64,000 nucleotides of DNA from the human T2T-CHM13v2.0 reference genome, Homo sapiens. This document shows, piece after piece, positions 29,168-43,387 of this stretch. The notes under the pieces were generated by a model. It worked only from the letters and a program-made list of their open reading frames with translations, did not search any database and had not been told where the DNA came from. The stretch's first letter is position 1, and every line of letters starts with the position of its first letter. The stretch is from assembly GCF_009914755.1 (NCBI RefSeq), contig NC_060927.1. One strand, 5' to 3'. The translations under genes were made by a program, and so were the position numbers.

Positions 29168-29305
29168 TATGCAAATGAATATCAACATTTGCATATTTCC
29201 TTTTCCTGCTTCATGCATTAAGAGGCCCCAGGTGGTGCTGAGAGAAGAGCGCAGTTTGTTTTTGGATTCTATAACAATTTGTGTCTTTTGCTTATTCACC
29301 AGCTG
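29168..29305. promoter_or_regulatory. Candidate enhancer: inverted double octamer plus E-boxes
   Basis: TATGCAAATG-N8-CATTTGCATA at 29168-29195; CAGGTG 29229-29234; CAGCTG 29300-29305; non-repeat context. Confidence 0.4.
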
Positions 29306-29676
29306 TGTCAAATATGGCAAAAAATGGTTTGTAGGGCCTTCTCATTGAGGGAAAATAAAAGTTTTTTTAAAACCTGGCATCTGTCGTTCACATATGTAAG
29401 GGGATAATATCTGGTGAGCTAAAAAAAAAATGTCTAAGATCTTAAGCTCAGAGTTTTATTCTAAAAAAAATGGTTTCTTAACTCTCTGGAAAATATGAGC
29501 AGGTGTAAAGACAGTTATGTAACCAAGGGGAGCCAGAGCATGAGGAAAAGAGAGAAGAGATCAGATGAAGTAAATACAACTTATGTTTTCTAGATATTAA
29601 GAAGAACAGAAATAAAAACATCCCTATTACCTATTTATTTTAGTTAAGAAAATTAAACATACAAGGCAGAGATACG

Positions 29677-30385
29677 AAATGGATACATAATATGTTGGGC
29701 CCTGTGCAAAATGAAAGCATGGATCCCCTCGTTCCAAAAGGAGGAAAGAAAAAGTACAGTTAAAAGTAATAAAATATGAACTATATTGGTTTAAGATATT
29801 TGATAGGGTTTGGCTGTATGTCTCCACTCAAATCTTACTTTGATTCTAATAATCCCCATGTATCAAGGGTGGGACCACGTGCCGGTCATTGGATCACGGA
29901 GGTGGTTTCCCCCATGCTGTTCTCGCGATAGTGAGTGAGTTCTCGTGAGATCTGATGGTTTTATAAGCCTCTGGCATTTCCCCTCTTTGCACTTATTCTC
30001 TCTCCTGTGACCCTGTGAAGAGGTGCCTTCTGCCATGATTGTAAGTTTCCTGAGGCCTCCCTAGCCATGCAGAACTGAGTCAATTAAACCTCTTTTCTCT
30101 ACAAATTACCAAGTCTCAGGTATTTCTTCATAGCAGTGTGAGAACAGACTAATACAATATTTTATTATGTATATAATATAATAGGGGTTACACATCAGTA
30201 ATAAACTGTCAACTTGCAAAAAATAATATTTTAGTGTCATAATTTTATGTAATACAGTAATGCTTTGTTAATATGATTTCTTGATTGATCATGAGTTTTT
30301 TTGGTTCATTTGCCTATGCATTTATTTATTAAATCATTAAAGGTATACTTTCAACACTTCATTTTCAGTCAGCATAATTGAAAGT
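29677..30385. mobile_element. MER45-family (hAT-Tip100) DNA transposon, interrupted by a THE1 LTR
   Basis: tacataatatgttgggccctgtgcaaaatgaaagcatggatcccctcgttc matches the recalled MER45 terminus; the downstream extent is uncertain. Confidence 0.65.
29801..30156 (+). mobile_element. THE1D/MSTA-like solo LTR
   Basis: TGATAGGGTTTGGCTG...GAACAGACTAATACA; 5-bp TSD ATATT at 29796-29800 and 30157-30161. Confidence 0.93.
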
Positions 30386-30389
30386 CATC

Positions 30390-30892
30390 AAGTGGTATTT
30401 CCAGTTCTAAATATTTGAATGTCTTCCACAATGGCTGAAATAATTTACGTTCCCACCAATAGTGTAAAAGCATTCCTATTTCTCCACATCCTCGCCAGCA
30501 TTGGTTGTTTCTTGACTTTTTAATAATCGCCATTCTGACTGGCATGAGGTAGTATCTCATTGTGGTTTTGATTTGCATTTCTCTAATGATCAGTGATGTT
30601 GAGCTCTTTTTCATATGCTTGTGTTGGCCACATGTATGTCTTTTTTTTTTTAGAAGTGTCCATTTATATCCTTTGCCACTTTTAATGGGCTATTTGTTTC
30701 TTTCTTGTAAATTTGCTTGAGTTCTTTGTAAATTCTGGATATTAGACCTTTGTCAGATGGCGCAATGCCTAGGTGATGGGTTGATAGGTACAGCAAACCA
30801 CCATGGCACACATTTACCTGTGTAACAAACCTGCACATTCTGCACATGTACCCCGGAACTTAAAAAAATAAAGTAAAATAAATAAATAAAAA
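30390..30892. mobile_element. 5'-inverted, truncated L1PA (older primate subfamily)
   Basis: about 30390-30760 is antisense ORF2 C-terminus (ORF track [12 protein letters not shown]...CWRGCGEIG); about 30763-30892 is sense 3' UTR end with A-rich tail. Confidence 0.9.
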
Positions 30893-31666
30893 GAAAGTGA
30901 TGTCAGTCACTCCTGGCAAATGTTTGATAGCAAACAATTTTTGATAATTTTCCATTTAAGAATGTAATTCTGATGATACAATTGCTCTGAAATTTTTAAG
31001 AATATTTATAGGCCATGGCAATATTGAGATAAATTTCTGACAAATTATTCCAAAATATAAGGGTTAGCACATATAGAGCTGAACATTCTTATTGGCAAAT
31101 TTTTCTAAAAAGATTTATCTCCTCATATAAATCAATTTCATGTTAGTCTAAATTTAATTTTATATGTAAATTTAGTAGTATCTTCTTGTTTCCTCTGACA
31201 TTTTCTGTAACTTGTGAGACATTATACAAGGAAACAATCATGACTTCATGATCGGTATATAATTCAAAACACTTGTTTACGCATCCTATCATGTATTTTT
31301 AATTGTAAGGAAAAACAATGTTAATATTATCTTCTTGCTTAATGATTGGTTCATCCAAAATAATATTATTTTTTATTGACACATAGACCTTTAAATTTAA
31401 TTTTTACTTTTAAGCCTGTGACTACTTGCTTTGCAATCTTGAATCACTGATCAAAACCAGAAATCCTAAACTCTTTGAATACTTCTGATAACTCCCTGAT
31501 ATGTTTTATTGTAGTATCATGTGTAAACTTTTATTTTGTAATAATTTACTGACAAAGCTTACTGTCTAAGCAATTAACTTTTCAAAATATTGATATAAGC
31601 AGAATAAAAATCTTCCCATGCACCTATTTACTTCACTCAAAGAAATTGGACGTAATAGATTTTTAT

Positions 31667-31750
31667 CAAGGATGGCAACATAATTTGTAAAGCCCAGTGC
31701 AAAATAAAAATATAGAGTCCCTTGTCTAAACAGCAGAAAAAATGTGCAAT
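31667..31750. mobile_element. Second MER45-family terminal fragment
   Basis: ggcaacataatttgtaaagcccagtgcaaaataaaaatatagagtcccttgtc. Confidence 0.65.
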
Positions 31751-33003
31751 AATCCAAATTCAGTAAATCAAGGTAACTTTTGCCAATAAATGTATCACTT
31801 GGCTTTCCGTTATTTTATTTTTTCTGTGACTTAATGTTTTCTCTTTTCCTTTTTTTTTGAGAGGAGAAAACCAACTTAACCTAAAGTCTCAGTATTGAAA
31901 GAGAAAATAAATGATACAATATTAATTAGAAAGTGACAAAAAGGAATAAAAACTCACCTTTATTAGCTTATTCATAAAACAGTCTCTAAAGCAGACAGTT
32001 TGGGAAACAATAAATTTGCTGCCATCATGTATGTCAAATTTCAACTAGAAAGGAAATTTGGGTTAGCTATTTGACACTTAGGGGTCAGCAGAAACAGCTA
32101 AGTTTTTATTGTATACAGAATTGGAGGCATAAAAGTTCACCTTTTCCTAGTCTGAATTTGAAAAGTTAGTTTTTGGTTTCTTCTATGAAGCAGAAAATCC
32201 TAAGTTCATGACATACATACAGTAAACTACAATTTGGTGCTGTGGATACTGCACCAAGCCAGTGCTTTTTAAACTTCAATTAGTATTTAAGTACATAGTC
32301 TTTCAAAGTTGTATCTTGCTTAAAAACATTATATATGACAGCAACATGCCCTTTGGCACTAATGTGAATTCACTTTGAAAAGTTTACATATTGCATATGT
32401 TCAACATCAGTGTCAATTAATTGAACTGCTTAGGTTGAAACTTTTGACAAGAAGAGGCAAAGTGATACAAAATATATTTTCAAGACAATACTTCAGCTTT
32501 GATTACAAAAGTTAGACAAATTTAAATAGAATGAGTTTTTTTAAAAACTCACAGCTTATAATGAAAGCAAAAACACAGCAATGGTTTTAATAAAGGTTCA
32601 TTAAAAACTGTGATTCTTGGCAAGCATGTCTATTACTACGTTAAACTATAAAATCTATATGTTCAGAGGGCGAACAGTATTCTCTTTGTTGAGCCAGAGA
32701 ATGGAGGGTGGGGGGAAATTATTTCAAGCTACAGTAATAAATTTTTAGTGAGTCCTTTCAAGCATCTTGCCAAAACATCAGACAGGTTTAGGAGAATGCT
32801 TGGCTGCAAATTGATCCATAATAAATTGATTGATGTCATCACGTGAATGTATGCCTTCTATCATCAGTGAAGTGATTTAGGATGTATTACAGTTTGATAT
32901 ATATTCGTCCCATCAGTAATTTCTCTTGTGAATTTTCTTTAATTATAAAAATTAAATGGAAAAAAGGTAAATGGGAAATTCCATTATAAGGTATCTAATT
33001 TTT

Positions 33004-33284
<281 letters not shown>

Positions 33285-33703
33285 CTAATTTTTGCTAGAT
33301 CCAACCTCAAATATTTGCAGTGTTATTTTTAAAAGCATTGAGTGTTTTTTGTTTGTTTCTTTCTTTCTTTCTTTCTTTTTTTGGTGAAGCACCATTCTTG
33401 GCACTTGAGATACTTCAGTGAACAAAAGTAGACCACAAATGAATCTTGAGATAGCCATATTTCTGCCATAGTTCTAAAATATGAGGGTTTTAACAGAATT
33501 TTTAGACTCATATCTCACTTTCTAGGATTATGTGAGCTTGTATAATTATCCAGCATTTTTGTCTTAAAATGCATTGAGATGTGAACATATCAGAAGAATC
33601 ATAACACCTCATGATTTTTTACAAAGCAGAATGAAATAAAGTGTGAGATGCCTTTCTATGAACAGATAAAAATACAAATAGAATTGAGTCACAAAAAAAT
33701 CAA

Positions 33704-33984
<281 letters not shown>

Positions 33985-35878
33985 TTATTACTGAATGCCT
34001 AATGTACAAGTTATGGTGATGGGAACTGGGACGTACAAAGGAGTCGGGTAATTCAAAATCTACCCTTCAGCCAACCAAGGCTTCGAGAGCATGAGGAGGA
34101 AATAATTGTGGCTTTAGGTAGCATCCTGGTATAACCAGTAAAACTGAAGCCCAGTCCAAAGCATTCAACGGAAAGAGCTTCCCATTTTTGTTCCTTAAGC
34201 AGAAGGGTGAAGAGGAGGCCTAATTTTCAAATGGGAGCCGCCTTATTTCTGGAGGAAGAACAGTGTACCAGGAAGGCCTCCCTCAGAAGGAAAAGCAACG
34301 ACCTATTTTATCGACCCTGGGGTACTTGGAATAGGAAATTATCCACTTGTCTCGGCATCTCACAGAGGTTGGGAGGCAAAAGCTGTAAATCACTCCTCAT
34401 CACTTCTCCCAGCCGCCGAATGTGATGGATTGGCTCTGGGCCAGGGGCCTTCCAGAGTCCCAAGACTTGTTGTAAAGGCCTCGTGCTCCACACAGAGCTT
34501 TTGGTACCCTTAGAAGCCATGTATTGTTCAATACTGTGTATAGGGCTGTTATTATTTCATTTAGTCACTGATACAGGCTTTCCAGCTTTCCTGACAGGGT
34601 GCAAAAGTAACATGTTTTCAATCTTCTCATGATCAGGAATTCATCTTTTATCCGCTCTCAAGAGAACTCAGTGAAATAAAGTTTTGTTTCCTGAAGAACA
34701 CAGCAAGAGTGGGAACGTTAACATTTATTTCTGTTTCAAGCTGTCACACAGTTGCTTCGGGCATCAAGGGCAGAGTATATGGGCTCCATTCCTTCTGGTG
34801 TCCCCAGGATTTATATCTTCATCCAGGTATAAAGAGGTTGCTATGACAGAGACAAAGCTTAACTCACTCAAACTATCAAAAATATGAATCATTGCTGGAG
34901 GCTCAGGAAGAACGGCTCCCCGCCATTCTGCTTCTGAACACCGTTATCATCCTTTCTAAAAACAGAAGATAATGTTCCCTCATAATGTTCCGCTGTGGAA
35001 AGCTGATCTCTTTATGTGTTTCAAATTTCACTATGATTTGCTCTAGAAGGATGTACATGTATGTAAACAGACAGTTATTGTAACTATGAGTGTAGTGTAG
35101 CTAAAATGGCAGGTGGGTGCGAATGTGTATATGATTGTTATTAGCAAAATAGAGTCTCTATTTCATCAAATAGGCTGCATCCAAACTCAGTGAACTGAAG
35201 GATGTGACCACACCAAGAAAAGGAAAATGCTAATGGCTCTAGCCCCTTTTTGGTTTTCAATCAGAATTCTTCTGGCTCATTGGCCAAGCTCATTGGCCAG
35301 GAATGAGGAAAAAGAGCAAGTAACTACTGGTAATCGTTCTGTTCTGCAAAGTATCATTGGTGCATCAGAAAGATTAATTGCAGAAACACTGTGTCCTGTC
35401 TACAACTGTGCTGACAGCCTGAAACTGAGCAGTTGTGCTACTGAATCACACTGAAAGTGTTTCTGGCAACTTACCCTTTCTTTCTGTGCTTCTCCCAAGT
35501 TCAGATCTAAAAGATGAATGAAGAAATACTATAGCATGAACTAAATAATGTGAATATGCGTTTGTGTTACCGGGAAGTGGTCCATTTCTTCTTAACTCAT
35601 TGTTCGGAAACTAAAAATGAGGTAAATTGGAATCAATAGAATATCAAACATCATAATTGTATTTGATTTGTGAAATCATTAATTGTCATCTCTTATGTTT
35701 AATCACTTTTTTTCCACTTCTCCGTGAATAAACTGCTTAAGAATTTGAGCGACAGTATGTAGACCATCAAGTTGTAATTTCATCTAAACAGGTTTTTATC
35801 ACATCAACTACAATAGACCTATATCTATTCTTGTCCCATAATTTTCTACCTTGTATTATTATATAATTATTTATGTAC

Positions 35879-36247
35879 TGGTAGGACCTGAACGTTTCTT
35901 CAAATTTTATCTTATAGTATCCGAACTTCCACTGCGATGGTATTGGGAGGCTGGGCCTCTGGAAGGTGATGAGAACACGGGGGCGGCATTCTCATGAATG
36001 AGATTATTATTTTCTTTATAAATGCTCTTAAAGGCCCAAGAAAACTGCTTTCCCTCTTTAACTATGTGAGGACACGGCAGGAAGTTACCATCTGTGAACC
36101 AGGAAGCAGGCCCTCCACAGACAAGGAATCTGCCAGTGCCTTGATCTTGGGCTTCCCATCCCCGAAACTGTGAAAAATAAACATTTACTGTCTGTAAGCT
36201 ACCCACATTAAGGCATTTTGTTATAGCAGCCTGAACAGACTAAGACA
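35879..36247 (+). mobile_element. MLT1A0-like MaLR LTR
   Basis: ccatctgtgaaccaggaagcaggccctc...ttgttatagcagcctgaacagactaagaca. Confidence 0.88.
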
Positions 36248-36379
36248 TGCTCCTATATTTTTACTCTTACAAGCTAAAGGCTACCTAAGCAGGAAGCCAT
36301 ATTCAATTTTTATAGGCTCTCCCAGTGCATATATATCACAGTGCTTTGCACAAACTCACTGAATCAGAAGCAGGCATTC

Positions 36380-36580
36380 GTGTAGTTCTGTTCACGGATT
36401 TTGGACTAAGAATGCCATAAATTGGAATTCCAGCTTCACTACCTGATTGGTGTGTCCCTTCTGACACCTGAACTCTCAGAATTTTCATTTTTTAAATCTG
36501 TGAAATGATAACTCATATTTCAGAATTATTAAAATGATAAAGTGAGTTGACATGTGAAATGCAAAACATAGTGACTCACA
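36380..36580 (+). mobile_element. MIR SINE
   Basis: ggaattccagcttcactac...atctgtgaaatgataa...catgtgaaatgc. Confidence 0.6.
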
Positions 36581-36600
36581 TTTTTAAAAATCTGGTTTGC

Positions 36601-36932
<332 letters not shown>

Positions 36933-39660
36933 TCAATAAAATAAATATTTGTTGGATAGATAAATAAATAAATGAAGATCTATGAAGACTTGCAGGTTCT
37001 GATTTGCCTTTGGGATACTTCATATATTTGCCTAGTAATGGCCTGTTGTAGATATTAAGTCTTTGGAAAATATTTTTCCAAAATTTACATTTGAACTCCA
37101 GTTAAATTGCAAATATTTTTTGAAGCCAGTTTTACTAAAATATCAAGATAGTAACTGTCTTCCATATCAAAATTTTAATTATACCAAAATATTAAAATTA
37201 GCTCACATGTATTTCTGGAAAAAATTACTTAAACAACATAGCAGAAGTGTCTATAATTGACTAAAAAGGGTAGAATATTGTTTTGATATTTGCAATGCAC
37301 TTTTCATATTCACATATGCTCTTAAGTGCATGATGCATAGAAGGGAACACAGATGGGGTCAGGGGAGCTGAGAGTGCCGCTTACACCACAACAAACCCAG
37401 CCCCAGAAAACCAAGCCACCTAGGAAAGAGAACTACAAATTACAAAAATCTGGTGACCGAAACAAGTTGTCATCTGATCATAGTAGGTTCATTCATTTAT
37501 TCAGAAAATATTGAATGAGTGCCTACTATGTTTCACACACTCCTATGGATAAAGCCAGTTCAGAAAGAGCCTATAATCCTCTGGACAAAGAAAAGATTAA
37601 ACTGTGCTTCCAAGATGAGTAAGTGGAATGATGACAGGGACAGGCCTGTCATATGATTGTCTTTACAACTGCCATGCTACCAATTGGTTTTGAGGCAGAA
37701 TCTATCTTTTGATTTCCGTCTCAGTCTAATATGATGACTTTAACTCCTATCTGGGAATTTTGGGTTTTTCTTGTTTGATGCAAACTTCTTTGCCCTCCTC
37801 AGAGTCCTAAAGTTGCTGACTTGCAGAAGCCTCACTGTATCTAAATGATATGGAACTCAGAGCCAATATGCCTGCATTTCTTGGACTCCTGTTTTGAAAT
37901 TCCTTTGGTCGTACTAAAATTTTATCTTTTTGTTAAGCATGGAGGTATTTGAGCACATCATTTTACATAAAAGCGTGACGACATTTTAATGGTTTACAAA
38001 GAATCAGAGAAAACCGATTCCAGGAACTAATTATAGAAATGTCTCTTTCAGGGTCTTTCACTGGAAGGAAGGTGCCATACTTGAGTTATCAGTGAATCCC
38101 TTTAGGTTCTTTTAGAGATTTTTATCTTTGCATTGATTGTGCTTCAGAAAAGTTAGGATAATGTATTGGAAGTGTTTGTGGAAGTATATCGTCTCCTGTG
38201 GCCTCGCTGTACGTTTTATAAAGTTTGTTTTCTCTTATATCCATGAGCAATTCACTTCACTAATGTGATTGTCCATTTGACAAACTTACCAGATTTACTG
38301 ACTGATTGACAACACTAGGTAGTAAGTAGGGAGAGAGAGAATCTAGGTAGGTTCTTAAAGAGAAGGGGCTAAATCCTCTAATTCACATTTTAGAAAGCTT
38401 GATTAGTTTAAAAATGTCAATAGTGTGAATGAAGCTGCAGATCTCCAGAGAGAGCTGAGTAACTGATCTTATCCCAAATAATCAATTGTTGAGGACACTC
38501 TAGCTCGCAGAATCTAGCTCATTATTGTAACCTATTTACTAACTCAGTTCATTTAAAAACTGAAGAAGAGGACTCCGTTTTTTTTCAAGCATTCAAAGCC
38601 TAGCAGCAAATAATGGTGGAAAAAAATTGTTTGTTATCCTAAATTTACTCTTATAAAATTTCCTGTTGCCCAGCCTCACTTTAGACTAAATCGCTGTGGA
38701 ACACATGAGATTACTGATGGAAGACATGAGATTATTGAGAATGTGGCAGTATTTAAGAGGGAATTGCTGAGCTCTGGGCTGTTATTTATAATCTTTTTCT
38801 TGTTCCACTCATATGATACAGAACAGTGATTTGCAGCTAACAGATGGTCAACTAATTTTCATTGGATTCAAATGAATAGAACTGTAAGTATCCACAGAAC
38901 TAACATCATGAAATACATTCCCATAATGTTTGTTGAATAAAAAATTACCACCCCCACCACCAGAAAAAAAGAAAGAGACTAAGAAATCCTTGGCCCAAAA
39001 CCCTCCCCAAATCATTTTTCACAGTGGATTCTTCCAAACTTCTAAGGACATTTTAAGAAAATTTCCATACAATAAAAGCTCTATAGTTTTCTTCCAATTT
39101 TTCACTATTCCAAAGAGCATAGCAGTGGAAAACCTTATACATAAACCCTTGACATTTCTGATTATTTCTTAATACTAGAATTGGTGTTATTAGGACAAAG
39201 TCTATAAATATTTTTTAAGGTTCTTGCAACACATTGTCAAGGAAAGAAATACCATTTTATATCAACAACGCATAAGAATTATTTTCATTGAAACCTTTTC
39301 AACTTGGCCAAGAAATAAAGTATAGCTTATATTTTTAAATATATGCTTTTTCAAAAAATATAGGAAAATGTAGAAGCAAATATATCAAAAATTTACAATG
39401 TTTATTATTAGGTTGTGAAATTAAATGAACTTTCTATTTTCTATCTTTGAGTCCTCGATGGCACTATAGTGAGTGCATGGTCATTCAGTAACACAAATAG
39501 CAAAATTAAATGGAAAAATTTTGTGAGTGATGGTGAGAAAGATGAAGTGGTTATGGAGGGAGAGGATGACATATATAAAAAGTTTGTTCCCTTTGAAGTT
39601 ACAAAAATAGAATGAAAAGAAAAAATAATATTTTATCCAAGAGCAATTCATATTTTCACA

Positions 39661-40170
39661 GTGGTAGGCAGAATGGCCCCTAAGATATTCATGTTCTAAT
39701 CCTCAGCGTCTGTGAGTAAGTCAGGCTACATGGCAAAGAGCAATTAAGGTTACAAATAAAATTAAAGTTAGTTGCTTATCAACTGACTTTAAAATAAAAT
39801 TAGGAGAGGGAGATAGAATACAGAAAGGGAGATGACAATGGAAAAAGACTGGTCAGAGATAGGTAACATTGTTGGCTTTGAATACAGACAAAGAGAGCCA
39901 TGAGCCACAAAATGGGAGTGGACTCTAGAAGTCAGAACCAGCAAGGGAACAAATTCCCCCCAGAGCTTCTAGAAAGGAAAGCAGCCCTACCTACCCATAC
40001 CTTGATTTTAGCCTAGTAGTATCTGTGTGAGGCTTCCGAGCTGCAGAGCTAGAAGATAATGCATATGCATATATGTATGTATATATACACATACACAATT
40101 GTGTTGTTTGTGTGCTACTAAGTTTATGATAATTTTTTTTTTTTTTTTTGCAGAAGTAAAACTAGAACAC
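39661..40170 (+). mobile_element. MLT1D/E-like MaLR LTR
   Basis: gtggtaggcagaatggcccctaagat...cccagagcttctagaaagg...ccttgattttagcc. Confidence 0.85.
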
Positions 40171-40593
40171 TCAAATAACAGCCTTCCAATTCCTGCCCAA
40201 ATCATTTTAATATTATTAGATGTTCTCATTCAAGATTCTCAGCCAATGTCTATGGGTGATTTCTCTGCCCATTTATTCAGTTCCTCCCATATTGTCCGAC
40301 TCCATCCTTTTAAATTTCACAGGGTCTCAACAATTCTACCAACTCACACTTGCTTCACTAGGCTTCCAAGAAAGCTCCTGGTTTTCTTCCTCTCTATCAA
40401 CCACTTCTTTCTCCACAGTTTTGTTAGTCTCTCCTCAACTCCAAGAATTCTCCAGGAGAGCCCTGAGACTTTCTGTCTTTTCATTGTCTCTCACCTCCGT
40501 GGTTAACTCATCTCATCTAATGGTTTTAAATATATTTTATATCCTGATGAATCTCCAATCTCTGGCCAGACATCTTTCTCATTCTTCCCCTCA

Positions 40594-41148
<555 letters not shown>

Positions 41149-41322
41149 TCACACAACACTCACTACTATCAACCTTATGTAAGCCACAGTCATCTCTCTC
41201 CTGGGTCATTGTAATAGATTTCCAATTGTTCTCCCTGCTTCCACTATTGCCTCCACCCTTGTCAAAACAGCAGACAAGATGACCCCTTAAAACGTAAGGC
41301 AGAATATGAAGCACTGACCAAA

Positions 41323-41552
41323 AGACTCCAATGTCTGTGCATCTCAGGGAAGAAGAGACTCCAGTGTGTGTGGATCTCAGGGTAGAAGAGACTCCAGTGT
41401 CTGTGAATCTCAGGGAAGAAGAGACTCCAGTGTCTGTGGGTCTCAGGGAAGAAGAGACTCCACTGTGTGTGGATCTCAGAGAAGAAGAGACTCCAATGTC
41501 TGTGAATCTCAGGGAAAAAGAGACTCCAGTGTCTGTGGATCTCAGGGAAAAG
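41323..41552. repeat. Minisatellite, 7 x 33 bp, inside L2
   Basis: consensus AGACTCCAGTGTCTGTGGATCTCAGGGAAGAAG. Confidence 0.97.
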
Positions 41553-41702
41553 GCTAAGGCCCATTCTGTGGTTTCCATTCACCTTACCTTTCTGACTTTA
41601 TCTTTTACTGTTCTTCTCTCACACCCTCTACACTGGCTATTTACTGTTCTTTATACATGTCACACTTGCTTTCATCTTCTTGTATATTACTTTGTCAAAT
41701 AC

Positions 41703-41986
41703 TCTTTTCTTTTTTTCTTTCGAGACAGATTCTTGCTCTGTCACCCGGGCTGGAGTGCAGTGCCGTGATCTCAGCTCACTACAATCTCTGCCTTTTAGGT
41801 TCAAGCGATTCTCATGATTCAGCCTCCCCTGGTAGTGGGACTACAGGCACGTGCCCCCACGCAGGACTAATTTTTGTATTTTTAGTATAAATGCCAGGCT
41901 GGTCTCGAACTCCTGGCCTCAAGTGATCTGCCCACCTCTGCCTTCCAAAGTGCTGGGATTACAGGTGTGAGTCACCATGCCCGGCC
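41703..41986 (-). mobile_element. AluS/Jb-like with small internal deletion
   Basis: perfect 15-bp TSD TACTTTGTCAAATAC at 41688-41702 and 41987-42001. Confidence 0.95.
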
Positions 41987-42202
41987 TACTTTGTCAAATA
42001 CCCTTCCCCACTCTTTGTGCACAGCTTTCTCCCTCAACTCCCTCAGACCTTTCCTCAAATGTCATGGGTGAAGTCTCACCTGACTGTGCTATACAAAATT
42101 ACCATAAAATGTCCCCCAAACACTTCCTATTCATTTTCCCTACTTATTTTTTTTATCACTGTCTAATCCTATTCAGTTTGCTTAATTATCAAGCTTACAG
42201 TC

Positions 42203-42666
42203 TGCATTAGGCAGGGTTCTCCTGCAAAACAGAACCAAGAGTATATAGAGAGATATATACAAGACATTTATTATGGAAGGTTGGTTTACTTGATCAAGGA
42301 GGCTAAGTAACCCCACAATCTGCCTCCTGCAAGCTGGAGAAATGGGAAAGCTGGTAATACAGTTCTAGTCAAAATCTGATAGTCTGAGAACCAAGAACTC
42401 CAGTGTCAGATGGCAAGAGAAAATGGCTAGCCTGCTGAAGCAGAAAGCAAATTCACCTTTCTTTCACCTTTTTGTTCTGTTCAGGCCCTCAGTGGATTGG
42501 AAAATTCCCAGCCACGTTGGTAAGAGCAATCTTCTCTACTCAGTCTTCCAATTCAAATGTTAATCTCTTCCAGAAGCACTCTCACAGACACATCCAAAAA
42601 CAGTTGTTACAAACTTCTGGGCATCCCTTAGCCCAGTCAAGCTAATGTATTAAAGGAAGCATTGCG
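42203..42666 (-). mobile_element. MLT2 (ERVL) LTR
   Basis: tgcattaggcagggttctcc...acagaacca...tctgggcatcccttagcccagtcaagct. Confidence 0.85.
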
Positions 42667-43230
42667 TAGCCTTTTTTTTCTCTGCTAGAATGTAAGCTCT
42701 GTGAGAGTTGGAATTTTCATCTCTGTTTTCACTGCTGCCTCATGAATGAATGAATCAGAGCAAAGGCAAGGACTGTATAAAGGAACAAAGAGAAGGAAAG
42801 CTTTCTGTTACTATGTTAAAGTACTGACCCATTTCTAGTTTTGCCATCAGTACTTGGGCCTTTGTTTTGTTTAAAGTGAAAATTAGAAAAAAAAATTTAA
42901 AGTCATTGATTAATTTTTAGGTTAAAGGGTTTTCTAAAAAATAACTTTAAGCCAATTAAGTAAGCAGAACCAAATCAATTTATATTTTTATATTTAGAAA
43001 TATATGCCACATTGTTAGTTTACCACAATTCAGAAAGCAAAATAGTGAAAGCTATCCGTTCTTATTAGATTTCCATTGGAGACACATTTTCTGTAGGTCA
43101 AGCATGTGCCTCTTTTCCACCCAAGAAAACACATAAGACTTTTCATTCATTTATGATCTTACATATTTAATTATCTATTTATGCTACCTTTTTAAACTAT
43201 TATACCACTATGACTTTGTGTGCTTTATAA

Positions 43231-43232
<2 letters not shown>

Positions 43233-43267
<35 letters not shown>
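43233..43267. repeat. (CA)n microsatellite
   Basis: about 17 units. Confidence 0.95.
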
Positions 43268-43269
<2 letters not shown>

Positions 43270-43387
43270 ATATATGAGCATTTAGTATCAAGCTTATTCT
43301 TTTATCACGGTCATCAGCAATACTTTTAAGTATCTTCGTCAGTCTAGTATTATATTTACGGGGATGTTATACAGACTTTTTTTTAAA

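Noticed and set aside
30369-30847. L1 ORF2-like peptides as a functional CDS
   Set aside because: Short, frameshifted fragment of a truncated L1
35274-35299. Tandem reverse CCAAT boxes as a promoter
   Set aside because: A 12-bp micro-duplication, probably in an old LTR remnant; no CpG island or other support
38697-38738. 2 x 21 bp direct repeat
   Set aside because: Ordinary micro-duplication with nothing else notable
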